DNA of 64,000 bases. Origin: Thalia democratica (Eukaryota). Below the pieces are notes generated by a model. That model did not search any database, was not told the origin of the DNA, and worked only from the letters and a program-made list of their open reading frames with translations. The position numbers and the translations under genes are program-made. The stretch is taken from the NCBI GenBank assembly GCA_965202585.1, contig OZ241827.1:52266001-52330000 (forward strand), written 5' to 3'. Below, piece by piece: positions 39,401-51,775 of this stretch (its first letter is position 1; every line of letters begins with the position of its first letter).

Positions 39401-40894
39401 AAAGATATCCTCATTATTACTTAAATTAAGAAGATAGTTTACGCTAAACTGAGTTAATTTTAAATATTTTTACGTATTAAAAGGAGCTTTTTGAAAACAG
39501 CAAAGTTAGTCTGACCAACCAGAAAGATTGTTAATCATGTTGTTCAGTTTAAAAATAGTTATCAGGAAGACCTTAAATAGCCATAAATCTACTTTTGTAT
39601 TTCAAAAGAATTAAATAAGTCAAGGCCATAGGGGGGTCCAAGACTTTTTTTACAAAAAATAACTTTAGCTTTTATTTGAAGGCTTTAAGTACAAACTACA
39701 AGCCAGTTTCTATAGAATTCAAAAATATCATATAACTTTTGAGATATTTTATATTTTGTAAAAATTTTCCGATACTAACGTACAGACCGCAAATTTTTCA
39801 AAGTCAATTTTCTTGGAAATTTTAAAATTCACTAAAAATATACCTCCTCCTTCATTTTCCAAGCAATTTTCTTCAAATTTTCAGGAAATGTTCCTAATTT
39901 TATAAAAAAAAAACTTTATTTATTAATTTGTTTGAATAAGTTTGAAGATTACTTGAAAATGTAGGAGGAGATAGGTTTTAAATAAAATAGTCTTTTATTG
40001 CTGTTTTAGTTTTCCCTTCCCATAAGGAACCTATTATGCGGCCCGACTTTGACCGGTCATATCTCAAAAAATAATTCGAATTTTTTTAAACGGTAAAAAG
40101 CAATTTGAAGCTTATTAAAAACTCTACAAATTAAGATCAACTTGCAAAAAACATGGCCTTAATAAATAAAAAATATACAACTGTTCAGTTTGGATCTAAG
40201 AAATATATAACAAATACAAAATTAACAAAAATATTTTAGAATACTCATGAAAAACTCTTTGATACGAATATAATAGTGTAAATGTATGAAATTATAATAA
40301 TTATAAACTATATAGTTTACAGAAATCTTATTTCGATTTATATGGTTCTTTACAGTTTTTATTTTGTCATTATTTAAAATAATAATCAACTAAGCAGTTA
40401 AAGATGTAAAAATTAAGAATGTTCACTTATAAAATATAGTTAGAAAATTTCTATATTTAACTTTTAGAGTGTTTAACTCGTAAAAATTCAGTTACTTAGC
40501 AATACTATTGTAAATATTCTACCACAAAAAGAAAAACTAACTTGTTGAAAATGTGGTTGTCAATTTTAACTTTTGAGTAAGCTTTGAAATCGTCAGGCAT
40601 CAACATCAACGGAATCCGAACACAAGCAAGTTCCTTTATCTTAAGGTTACAAAGTAGTAAATAGTATTTAAAAATATTAAATATAATTTTTTTTCACGAA
40701 GCAAAGAAAACTACATTAGTAATTAGTTTATTTGATAATATTAAATCAAAACTTACCGAATGGTTTACACCCCACATAAAAACGCTAATAAAAGGTTCAT
40801 TTGCACGAAACACTTTTTGTTTCTGCTTTTGAAATCTTTTTACTCCTTTCTTGGGAATTTTAATTTTTTTCTTATCACCTACTGCAGATGACAT
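27494..40894 (-). CDS. PIP4K2: Phosphatidylinositol 5-phosphate 4-kinase type 2, 10 exons, 403 aa
   Basis: GT-AG exons 40894-40757, 40639-40542, 38283-38187, 37080-36928, 35984-35838, 31998-31846, 30899-30794, 29837-29718, 29531-29428, 27589-27494 total 1212 nt in frame. Diagnostic motifs are [68 protein letters not shown] and [20 protein letters not shown]. Confidence 0.95.
27815..28052. mobile_element. Partial copy of MITE family C
   Basis: Shares TTCTAGAATATCTA..TAAGTTT..TTATGG and CTTATGGTCCC blocks with 52940-53356 and ends ..AACCCTG. Confidence 0.55.
28691..28974 (-). CDS. Putative alternative terminal coding exon of PIP4K2 (93 aa + stop)
   Basis: TTCAG acceptor in phase 0 after [24 protein letters not shown] aligns without gaps to the canonical [21 protein letters not shown]. 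The ORF is open and GC-rich, with a stop at 28695-93 and a GTGAGT donor at 28690-85. Confidence 0.7.
36020..36143 (-). pseudogene. Decayed tandem duplicate of PIP4K2 exon 5
   Basis: CAG|TAT GTA GTT GAG CAC AGC TGC (YVVEHSC) versus the real TAC GTA GTG GAG CAC AGT TGC. Residual similarity continues downstream (GAA CAT; AAA GTT ATG AAA vs ATA GTG ATG AAG), but the frame is broken. Confidence 0.6.
39623..40159. mobile_element. MITE family A (AGGCCATA variant)
   Basis: AGGCCATAGGGGGG ... CATGGCCT|TA with the shared internal motif AAGGAACCTATTATGCGGCCCGACTTTGACC. Confidence 0.75.
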
Positions 40895-41501
40895 GCTTTT
40901 TTACTTATCTGAAAGAAAAAAAAATAAACATTTAATTTTAATGTACAAGGGTTTCATAAAATTTACCTAACAAAAGAATTTGAAAACAAAACAAGCAGTA
41001 TGTATGGCGAGTATAAAGTACTATCTAAGGGTTTTTATAGTATAAATTTATAATATTTGAAAATACGTGGAAAACAGAAAAAGTTTAGTACTAATAAATT
41101 TTTCCTTTATTTAAAAATATCAATTTCAAACAAATACTGTCCTATTTTACTTTAAACTAAAAAAACAGTTTTCAAATATAGCTTTTTAACTGTAATTTTT
41201 ATTGTAAAATAAAAGAAAGCTTGTTATGTAATTGAATAACCATCAAACAGATTCTTATTACATGTTGTTATTACAAAATGGAGTTATCTAATTACACAAG
41301 CCAATTACTACATTTAAACTAATTAAACATTTACTAAAAAGTAATAAAACAATGTGTACTACAGTAATAACTACAAATGAAATTTATAAAAAAGTAAAAC
41401 ATGTTACTATTGTTTTGTAATTATGAAACTTGATATTAAGCATAACTATAAATTATTAATTAATTAAGAAAAAGCTGAAAAAATAATGAAAAAATAGTAA
41501 T

Positions 41502-42425
41502 TCATTCTTTAGCCTTTTTGATAAAAAACTTTTCGATAGTAGCTGCTGATTTTCGTTTTTTTGGTGTAACATTATGTGATAAAGGAGATTTAACTGTTTT
41601 AGAAGATAGCCAACTCATCATACTGTTTGCTGAAGCTGATAGTTTTTTCTGTTGGTTCTTTTCAATTTGATCAAGACTGATTTGCTCTCGACACTGAGCA
41701 CCTTGATTGCGGGAATTACTCACATACCTGTCAACAGGATACCAGGTCAAACAGGGCTTGGACTTGATCAGCTTCACTGCTTCATCAAGCGGAACATTTC
41801 TGTAGTCCAACCACGAGTCAATTTCTTTGTCACTTTCTAAAATTGCAGGCATGCGGTGGTGAATGCAAGAAAAGTTCTCGTGAGAATCAACAGTGATGAC
41901 TGAAAACGAGTACAAGTCTTCATCATCCACCCTAGCCTTTTCAAAAATTCCTGCCATTGCAAGAAGCGGTGCTTCAGATTTTTCTTTTTCATCTTTGGGC
42001 AAGTGAATGAAGTAAGGCTGCTTTTTACCACTTTTAACTGCTTTCCATTCGTAAAAACCTTCTGCAAGAACAACACAACGCTGGCCTTTCTTGAGCGGGT
42101 TCTTGTAAGACTTTTTTTCAAGCATGGTGTCACTTCTGGCGTTGTTCATGCTGAACTGGCCATTGTGTGAATTTCCCATCCAATTTGGAACTAGCCCCCA
42201 TCTCATGCAAGCCAGAGACCTTTCAGCGTGGTTTTCCTTTGATTCTAGGTGATTGCTGCTGATCAACACTGGGCAGTAGGAAGTTGGAGCAACGTTGTGC
42301 GCAGCTTTGTACCTGTCAGTGTTGAGCTTCCACTCTGGCTTTTCTTCTTTTCCCTGCTTGTTTTCGTACTTGCACTTCTGTTGTATTTCGGCAGGCTCAA
42401 GCGCACAAGCTGTCCTTCCACACAT
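41502..42425 (-). CDS. HMCES: HMCES / SRAP-domain abasic-site DNA-protein crosslinking protein, single exon, 307 aa
   Basis: N-terminal MCGR (catalytic Cys2), MRWGLVP, NARSD, RCVVLAEGFYEW, LAMAGIF, IHHRMPAIL, WYPV..VSNSRN and a C-terminal PIP-like SMMSWL. Confidence 0.95.
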   Translation of the reverse strand: MCGRTACALEPAEIQQKCKYENKQGKEEKPEWKLNTDRYKAAHNVAPTSYCPVLISSNHLESKENHAERSLACMRWGLVPNWMGNSHNGQFSMNNARSDTMLEKKSYKNPLKKGQRCVVLAEGFYEWKAVKSGKKQPYFIHLPKDEKEKSEAPLLAMAGIFEKARVDDEDLYSFSVITVDSHENFSCIHHRMPAILESDKEIDSWLDYRNVPLDEAVKLIKSKPCLTWYPVDRYVSNSRNQGAQCREQISLDQIEKNQQKKLSASANSMMSWLSSKTVKSPLSHNVTPKKRKSAATIEKFFIKKAKE

Positions 42426-44395
42426 TTTACAAACAATTTAACTTTATTTTTGTATCAAGTAATATTCTGAAAATTATGTTCGATTTTAGTCAGTATTTTT
42501 CCTTTGAAGCTAAAGCTTGCTTTAAATGGTTATTACATACAGGAAATTTAAAATAAATAAGTTTAAATAATAAAGTTTCTGATAAACTTGAACGATACTA
42601 TTTTTAAACTTAAGTAATTTTAAGAGGGTTTTGTGTAAATATTGACCAAGATTATATATAAAGTATAAAGTTATGTTTAGTTTAAGTACATTTTAACTAT
42701 TCTAAAGTTAAAGTATAACTGAAACCGAAATTGCTTAGATTTGTTTAAGGCTTTAAATATATTAGTCTTAAAACAATTGCACTACTTCTGATTAATGCTA
42801 AAACTATATAAATAACTTTGTTTTAATTTTGTAAATAATCAAATTCAATTGAAAAACTTTAGAAATTTAAAAAAAAATAAAAGTCTAAAATTTAACTTAT
42901 ATTTTTAACTATTTATTTTTATTATATCTTCAATATCAATAAAATAAGGCTTATTATAATTGAAAGCAAATTAAAAAAAAAGTTTATGCTTTAATCATAT
43001 TTTAAAATCATAAAATTGATAACATGCATATATACAAGCAGAAGAAATATAAAAAAAAAGTTAAAATGAACTAATATTCAATTAATTTAGCTGATATTTA
43101 CACAAGTACCATCACAAAGAGTATAATAAGATTTATCTTTAAAAAAACTATCTTATATATAACAATAAAAAATTCAAACAGTACTCTTTCTTTATTACAC
43201 TAACACATGTTTCTGAGTATTAACAAGTTAACACACTTTAACAGAGCTCTGTAAAAAATAAATACTTAAGGAAAGAATAGAAGCTAAATAAGGTATATAT
43301 ATATGTGTTTATTAAAAATAAGAATAAATACTATAGGTTATCGTAAATTAACAGTTAATAATAGATACAACATATAATTTAAACTGTTATAAACTATATA
43401 ATACTAGTAATTGTTAAGTCTAAATTATGATAAAGTAAAGTTAAATACAAAATAAAATAATAAATCATAATATAAAGCACTCACATGAAAGTTCAAGAAA
43501 TACTGATTCATAAGATTAAATGGTTGTCAAATATTCAAAACTTTATTTAATAACTACATCACAATATTACACTCTAATACATTAACATTAAAAAAAAAAT
43601 CATTTTGTTGCAAACTAGATAATTTATTCTTTATGTTTGGAAGAAAGCAGCAAAGCACTTTAATTTATTTTTTTTTAAATACAGAATAAGTAATCTATTG
43701 TAAACAAAAAGAAGAAAAACAACAAATATCAACTTATTAATAAATCAATTAATAGTTTAAGGTAATTAAAGGCATAGCAACTTGGGGTAATAAATATTTA
43801 TAAATTGTTTATGCTGGTTAAATCTGAATTACAACAAAGTAAAGTTATATAAAACTTAAAATAACAAACACATTTTTTTTTCTATTAACATTTACTTGCA
43901 GACCCAAAAAACACCTAAGCAAAAAACTACCTACCCCTTTAAGAATTACATTGTACAAACAAAAAAATAAAAACTACTGATGTTAACCAAAAAAACCTCT
44001 TGGTTACATGCTATTTATACTTAGGTTAAAACCTCAACACTAAAAACCATAAAGTGTGGGAAAATCATGAAGCTTAAATCTCAAAGAAAGTATTTGCAAT
44101 GATGTTAACTGCACAAATAAAATACATCAATGACCCAATCATGTGATCACTGCCACCAAAGTTAACTCACAATCAGCTGTTGCAAATTAAAGTAAACCAA
44201 TAACTAACTAAAAGTATAAAGTTCTTTAAATATATTTTGAAAAAACAAACAAAGTACTAGGAAAAAAAGGTAGTTAAAAAATTTAAGTAACAACTTGTAT
44301 AAAACCTAAAATGAAAATTTTTATTAAACTTTTACTTTTCCGGTAAATTGTAATTCAAAAAATAAATATATATATAATAAATTCAATCTCTTATA

Positions 44396-45023
44396 AGGCC
44401 ATAAGGGGGGGGGTATCCCACATTTTTTACAAGTTGATCTTATTTTATAGAGTTTTTAATAAGCTTCAAATTGCTTTTTATGGTTTAAAAAAATTCAAAT
44501 AATTTTTTGAGATATGACCAGTCAAAGTCGGGCTGAATAATAAGTTCCCTAAGAGAAGGGAAAAATAAGATAGCAAAAAAAAAGAATATTATATTTAAAA
44601 TCTATCTCCTACTACATTTTTCAAGCAATATTCTTCAAACTTAAAGTCTAATCTTTATACAATAACAAAAAAAACGTTACTTTGGAATAAAAAAAAACTT
44701 TAATTTTTGGGATAAAACTTTTATTTTTTTAAATTATTCAAAATTATAAGTAACGTTTTTCTTTTTAATATAAGGAACATTTCTTGAAAATTTAAAGAAG
44801 ATTGCTTGAAAAATGAAGGAGGAGATGGACTTTTAGTTAATTTAAAAATTTGCAGTTCATACGTTTGTAGTATCGGAAACTTTTTACAAAATATAAAATA
44901 TCTCAAAAGTTAAATGGTATTTTTTTATTCTATAAAAACTGGCTTGTAGCTTGTACTTAAAACTTTAATATAAAAGCTCAAGTTATTTTTTGTAAAAAAA
45001 AGTGTTTTACCCCCTTATGGTCT
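44396..45023. mobile_element. MITE family A
   Basis: TA|AGGCCATAAGGGG ... CCCCTTATGGTCT with the shared internal motif GATATGACCAGTCAAAGTCGGGC. Confidence 0.75.
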
Positions 45024-45828
45024 ACAAAATAAGAGAGACCCAACTCAATCTGGTGTACATAACATCTTATAAATTTTTGATACATATGAACCATTCATTC
45101 AAAAGCATTCTAAGTTTACTTCTTGTATTGTTTGAACAAAAAACTCTTATAAACATATTTGAAATTATCTTTTTGTAATTTTTAAAAAACTTCTGGAAAC
45201 ATAGACAAAACCTTTGGACACATTTACCTAAAATGGTTTAGGTCAAGTCTTGACCTAAGTCTTTCAGTTATTAATTTTTATTTATTTGAAAACCTTGAAT
45301 TGTGTGAATGAACAGGTAAATGAGAACTAGCAAGTGCAAATATAAGCACTAGTTTTAAATTAACTTTTAATACTGTGGTCCACACCAGCAGCTGTCAATT
45401 ATTTGCTTAGAAACTTCAATTTTTACATACCATTTAGTAAAATATTAAACATTTCACTTTTGAAGGCTAAAAAATGTTTTAGCTTAATTTAAATTAAGTT
45501 AAAAATGTCATGTTTTACAAAAACAAGACATTGAAATGTAAATATATTTATATATCTAAAGAATTAATACTTAATAAATCAAAATCGCATAGTAATGTTT
45601 GCTTTGTGAATTTAGGAAAAGTAAACATACAGGTAAGTATTTAGTGTTCAAATAAATTATTTTTTGCTCATAATATATAGGAAATAACTTTTAAGGCTTC
45701 AACCAAAATAGTTAACTAACTTTAGTTAAAATTTTTAAGTACCATTCTTGATGAAATTCTTATTATATGTAGAAGAAGTATTACAGTAGAGTTATTCCAC
45801 TTTTTTTTTTTAGTATAGAAGTATTTTG

Positions 45829-46777
45829 ACGAGCATAAAGTTATTGTTATAGGAAAATTTATTAATTTTTCAAAAAACATAAAACTTTAATGTCAATTAT
45901 TTTCCTTATCTTAAAAGCTATCTAAAATTTTTTATTTTATTTTAGAGAACGCACCTTTGCCTTTAATTTAAAAAAAAAATTATTTAATTTGGGGTTGGAA
46001 TTATTTCATGGGGTCCCTCCAAAAATAAAGGTTTTTTTTTCGTTTTTTTTCATCAAATGGTATTAGAACCAAAAATAAATATTTTTTTTTAATTTTTTTT
46101 TTTGATTTCCCTTAGTTTGCATGTTATAAAAACTCTTAAATAGTTATTTTATAAATAATGTTAATATCTTTTACGATTTGGCCCAAAATCAAAATGTAGT
46201 ATATTACACTATCATTTGCCTTGGCCATTTCCTAGATAAAAAATTGATAAAAGGAAAAAAAAGTTAATAAGAATGTGAATATACAACAAATTTAATTAAA
46301 TTATTTTATTTTAATTTAGTTTGATGTAATTCACATTCTTATTAACTTTTTTTTTCCTTTTATCAATTTTTTATCTAGGAAATGGCCAAGGCAAATGATA
46401 GTGTAATATACTACATTTTGATTTTGGGCCGAATCGTAAAAGATATTAACATTATTTATAAAATAACTATTTAAGAGTTTTTATAACATGCAAACTAAGG
46501 GAAATCAAAAAAAAATTAAAAAAAAATATTTATTTTTGGTTCTAATACCATTTGATGAAAAAAAACGAAAAAAAACCTTTATTTTTGGAGGGACCCCATG
46601 AAATAATTCCAACCCCAAATTAAATAATTTTTTTTTAAATTAAAGGCAAAGGTGCGTTCTCTAAAATAAAAAAAAAAATTTTAGATAGCTTTTAAGATAA
46701 GGAAAATAATTGACATTAAAGTTTTATGTTTTTTGAAAAATTAATAAATTTTCCTATAACAATAACTTTATGCTCGT
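45829..46777. mobile_element. 949-bp foldback (almost fully palindromic) non-autonomous transposon, 9-bp TSD, Mutator/Foldback-like
   Basis: Termini ACGAGCATAAAG / CTTTATGCTCGT. An exact AGTATTTTG direct repeat lies at 45820-45828 and 46778-46786. The arms of ~450 bp are nearly identical. Confidence 0.9.
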
Positions 46778-49700
46778 AGTATTTTGATGATGATAAACCA
46801 AATACTACTATTGCTTGCATTTTAACAAAAAGGTTTCTTTAAGCTTCGCCTGATAAAAACTGACACTGGTAAAACATCGGCATTACTCAAGTTTCTGTAT
46901 AAATGATATTAATGTAAACATAATATTTAAAACATTCATTAAAACTTTGAAAAGTTCTTACTTTGGTAATTCTACATGTTTGATAAAATTTTCTACAAAA
47001 CATCTAAAACCTATTTAAAATTAGAGTAATGTAGAAACAGAAGTTTAATTAAGATTATTGTAATGATTCTGTCACAGTAATTAAATTAACAAAATAATAT
47101 TAAAAAAGCGGATCAAATACACTAATTGTCTGTAGAATATTTTAGTTTAATCTTTATAAAATTTAGAATTATATAAATTCTACTTAATCCGAAATAAATA
47201 TTTCTCTTAATTACTAATAATTTCTATAGTGTAACGTTAGAAAAAATATTTATAAATTTACACAAAACTTGGTTTTAATAATCTATAAAACGTAAAACTT
47301 TTATATGAAAATGCACCCGTAACCAGTTTTATCAATCAAAACAGCATACGGTACCTTTTTTTAAAACTTAATCATTATCCGTATTCCGTACATATTTTGA
47401 TGTGAAATGGTTCTTGAGCAGTCAATTAAGAAAAATATGTTTAAAAACATAGTTTAAAAATGGCGATGAGTATACCGTACCGCTACACAATTATTAATAA
47501 TCAAGGCAGAGCCGTTATAAACAATATTTTATTAACTCTAACCGCTGTAAAAGTTTAATTTTTTTGCACGTTATTTGTTAAAAGTAAATACACGACGGTA
47601 CAAAAATAAAGTATCTACAACTTCAAGATAAACAAAAACTTTAACCTTGGAAAGTCACAACAATATGCTAATATAATAGTTCTTTAACTATTTGCTTTTG
47701 TTTTTAGTAAAATAGAGTAAGACAAAATTTAAAAGTTGAGATTGTATGACCATAACATGTTGTTCAGAAAAATAGGACTAAAAAAAGTAAGCTTGCTTTA
47801 TGAGCCTTTTAAAATTAATAAGTTAAAATTATAAACCACTTCAGAGTCTAGTCCAGACTCCAGACTCCATATCATGTTTGTCAAATATAAATTGCAACTA
47901 TTCTATCAAGCGTGTTTTTTTTTCTAATTCAGAAACTTAGCAATTTTCTTTTTAAAGTTACGACAAAAATTCTTATAAATCAAAATTAGTATAGACTAGG
48001 ACAGAGTTGCCAATAACAGCTATTTTTAACTTGTTTTTTCATTTTTATGAGAAAACTGAGATTCAAGTTTTTTAATAATAACAAACCAAACAAAAATACT
48101 TGATTGGCAGCTACAATTCATCCATCTTTATTTTTCTATTTAAAGTATAGTTCACATACTTTAGCTGTACAATTAAAAAGCGGATATGATTAGCTTAAGC
48201 AGTTTATCAGACTTTATATTCTACTATGAAAAATGAGAGTTCATATTTAAGTAAAACGTTGTGCGAGTGGAAATCAAATAAATACTTTGGATCTTTAGAA
48301 GATTTTAAATACGAAATAACTAAAAAAGTCATTATTGAATATATGAAATCTTAATATACTAACTTGAATTGTTTTGTAATTTAGAATGGTCCTTAGTCCG
48401 TACACTAGGTCCTTAGACAAAATTTTTTGAGCGTTTTGTTTAAAAAACAATATAATAACTAAAATTGTAACACCATAAAAACAAAAACCTCAATCAGCAT
48501 TGTACTTTACTTGTATATTGATTAATGATCAAAAAACAAGTTTTAATATTTAACTTGCTTCTATCAGCTATTATATTATTAGAGTGCTAGTTTGAAAAAG
48601 TTATTAAGTTAGCATAAAGGTCTGATTATACCACTTCAATCACCAGACCACAAGCTTTTGTTAACTTTTAATGTTAACTTGAGTTTTTCTCACGGCACAT
48701 GTTCAGGCTTAGGCTTTATTAGACGTTCACCGATATTATCTTTGACTGAAATACTTAAGGCAGAACTTTAAAGTCTAAGTATAATTGTATGTAGAATATC
48801 TCTAAAAAATAGTCATAAAATTCAACGAATTAATATGTTATAAAGAACTTTTTATGGCTGTGCAAAGCAGATCAAAAAAAAAAAGATATTCCTTGCACGC
48901 TAGGTAGATAAGTTAAAATTTTAATCAGCAAAAATACTACATTAAAGTTGTTTTGTGTTTTTTAATAGAAAAATTATTAAACCCTACAAACAACTATCAA
49001 AAAGCAGTTTTAAAAAATACTAGAATAAAAAACACTAGTCTATTGAAAACAAAATAATATACGAAAGTTTCTGTCCCTAGGTTAACACTTAGAATTATAA
49101 TGATTTAAAGGTCAGAAGAGAAATTTAAAGTAAACTTTTTACATTGAAAAAGTCCAAACAAGCCTTACTTTTAACCTAATCAATATTTTAGGTTTTTAAT
49201 ATTTTGTGTAGAGTTTTCCTTGATTCAAAGTTTAATGAATTTAGTTAAATGAGGTAATACTTAGTATCAATAAAGACCAAAATATATTCTAAGGCATATA
49301 AAATTTTGCCAAATTTGGTGATCAAGTATAAATTTGTTTTCAAAGCAGATCTGTTATAAATGATCTAACGAATATAAAACTTTTGCTACTTTGTACTTAG
49401 TTCGTCTAGACTAGACATATGTCGTTTAAAGCGTAAAAATGCATAGCGTCTAGAACATCTAGGTTTACAAAACTTAAGTTAAGGCAACTATGATGTTAGT
49501 CTCTAAGTTCCGAAAAGTGTTTGTTAAAATCAATGTGTATGACAACAACTTAAACTTACAATGCTATAACTGTTAAAAAGAGCCAACTAGGCTTACGTAA
49601 GACTTAACTCGTAGAAAAAAACTTTTTAAAGTCTATTTTAGAACAGATTTTTGTGCTAAATTTTTAGTTCCATATGAACATTCAACATACATACAAAAAA

Positions 49701-50594
49701 ATTTAAACTGTCTAAAATTTTAAATATTTATGTCACATTACTTAATGAATATTCTTAGCTATTAAAATTAAATAAACTTAAGCTTAAAAAAATTGTAAAC
49801 GTAAGATGAAATAATATTTAAGCTTAATGTGTTTTGTATTTACTACTATATAAAATATTCTATACATAATGTACAAATGTAAAAACATTTCACCTACTTT
49901 TGAAAACAAAATCTAACACTTTACATTAGAGGAAGGTAAATTTACTAGTCGATTAGCTTGAGTTTTCAAAAATTTTATTTGTGAATCAAAATTTTTCTCA
50001 ATTTAGATAAGTATGTTAAAAACGAAGAATTTTTTTTGAATCAAGATTCTCGTTAAATGGTCATTTAATAAATTATAATTTTTACGGAGAGTAAAGTTTA
50101 TACCACATTTCAAAAAATAAGTCTGAAGGCTGTACGTTAACCACTCCTACATTATATGATGTATTTGTTAATTATATCAGTTTTATACAGAAATGTGTTA
50201 AAAGGCATAATAGATTAGAATAACTTCTTAGATTAGTATTTGTAAATTTATTTTTTAAGAAAATATTTACTACAGACTTTTAAGTAGAATCGGTTATATA
50301 GTAAAAACTAATTGCTACTAACCTAATTTTACTTAAGAAAAAAGTATTTAAATTTTACCAGCTATTTATAACCATATATATGTTTTTCATAAAAATGGAG
50401 AAAGTAAATTTTATACCAGTTTTTATAACACTTTTTTCTACTTTTTTTTCTTATACTACGTTACATAGTTCAGCTGAGTATTTTACAAACTAAAATATCT
50501 TTTTATACTTAATTTTATCCACAACTTAAACAAAAGAGACACACAATTAAAAATTTTTTTATTCAATCCTAACATTGACGAACTAAAAAAGAAA

Positions 50595-51775
50595 CTAGCA
50601 CACGTCAGTTACTAGCTCGCAAAGAGCGTAGTTACTGTCGGTGCAACGTTGGTCGATGAGCTTTTTACCATTATAAGTAGCAACACAATCTAGGATGCCG
50701 TCTAAATTGTACGTGGGCTAGGCTGCCCTGCACTATCGTAGTCTCGCCCGACGACCAGTATTTAAACTGTCCGTCCAAGTACAAATCGGTCAGACCGACC
50801 CAGATGTCACCCAGTCCACTGTAGTAGGCTGTCATATCAGTTTGCTGCATTTGACTGTGAAAATATTTGTATCTGTAACTTATTTTGTTAGCTAATTACA
50901 ATTTAAGTTATTTTTAACGTTTAGTTTTAAAACCACGAAAAGCTTATGTAATTTTAAACATTAAAATATATCCCTTTCTTACTAATTTTGAATTACGCTC
51001 GTCTTAAAACATTTTTGTTAAATACATTAAACTTAATTGAGATGCTTAGCTAAAACTATTTTGTAGACATATATAAACTTAAAGCTTTTTGAAAAAGTTC
51101 TGAACTTATCTGAAGTTAACTACAGAGTGTTGATTAAAGGTCTAGTACTACAGTAGTATAGTTTATTATAAATGTTTTATTGAACTAGCTAGAGAGTCAA
51201 GTTATGATGTATGTAATAATAATTTTTTAGATACAAAATCATAGAAAATACCCATTTTTATAATCAAGACCAAACTCTAAACAATTTAATTTAAACACTG
51301 CATACCAAAAGCTTTGATAAATTTTATAAAAAAATCAAACAGAATATTGTAACAATAAGAAATTTGTACAGAAAACTTAAAGTTTGTTATTGAAACAACT
51401 GAAAATTGGTACTAAATTTTATTATATTACATACCGGGTTTTATTTTTAGACAAACAAATAAAGCTTGTTTTATGCTTTAAAATATTACTTTTAAAATAT
51501 GTTCAAAAACAAATGCTGTTCTTTGTAATATTTGGTCAATCATTCAAAACATATATTTATTTCACTTTAGTTTTAACTACAGCAAGTTCAAATTTCAAAC
51601 TTTAGAGCTGTGTACTAAAAGTATCAATAATACAAATTTACCTGTGAAATTTCACCCCATTTTTCCCGATCACCTCTTGCACGACATCGCCCCCTAGTGC
51701 CAAACACATTCCGCGCGCTTTTTCGAATGGGCCTTCGCCGGCGTCAGGATGAACATTTTTCCGAAGCAGTTTTCT
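50595..51775 (-). pseudogene. C-type lectin domain gene with two apparent 1-bp frameshifts
   Basis: Exon ~51775-51642 reads NCFGKMFILTP / FEKARGMCLALGGD in two frames. Exon 50854-50595 reads DIWVGLTDLYLDGQFKYWSSG then shifts frame to DCVATYNGKKLIDQRCTDSNYALCE*. The WxGL motif and Cys pattern fit a CTLD. Confidence 0.7.

Noticed and set aside
48590-48790. Moderately GC-rich patch with a broken minus-strand frame
   Set aside because: Multiple stops, no clear splice sites and no recognisable domain.
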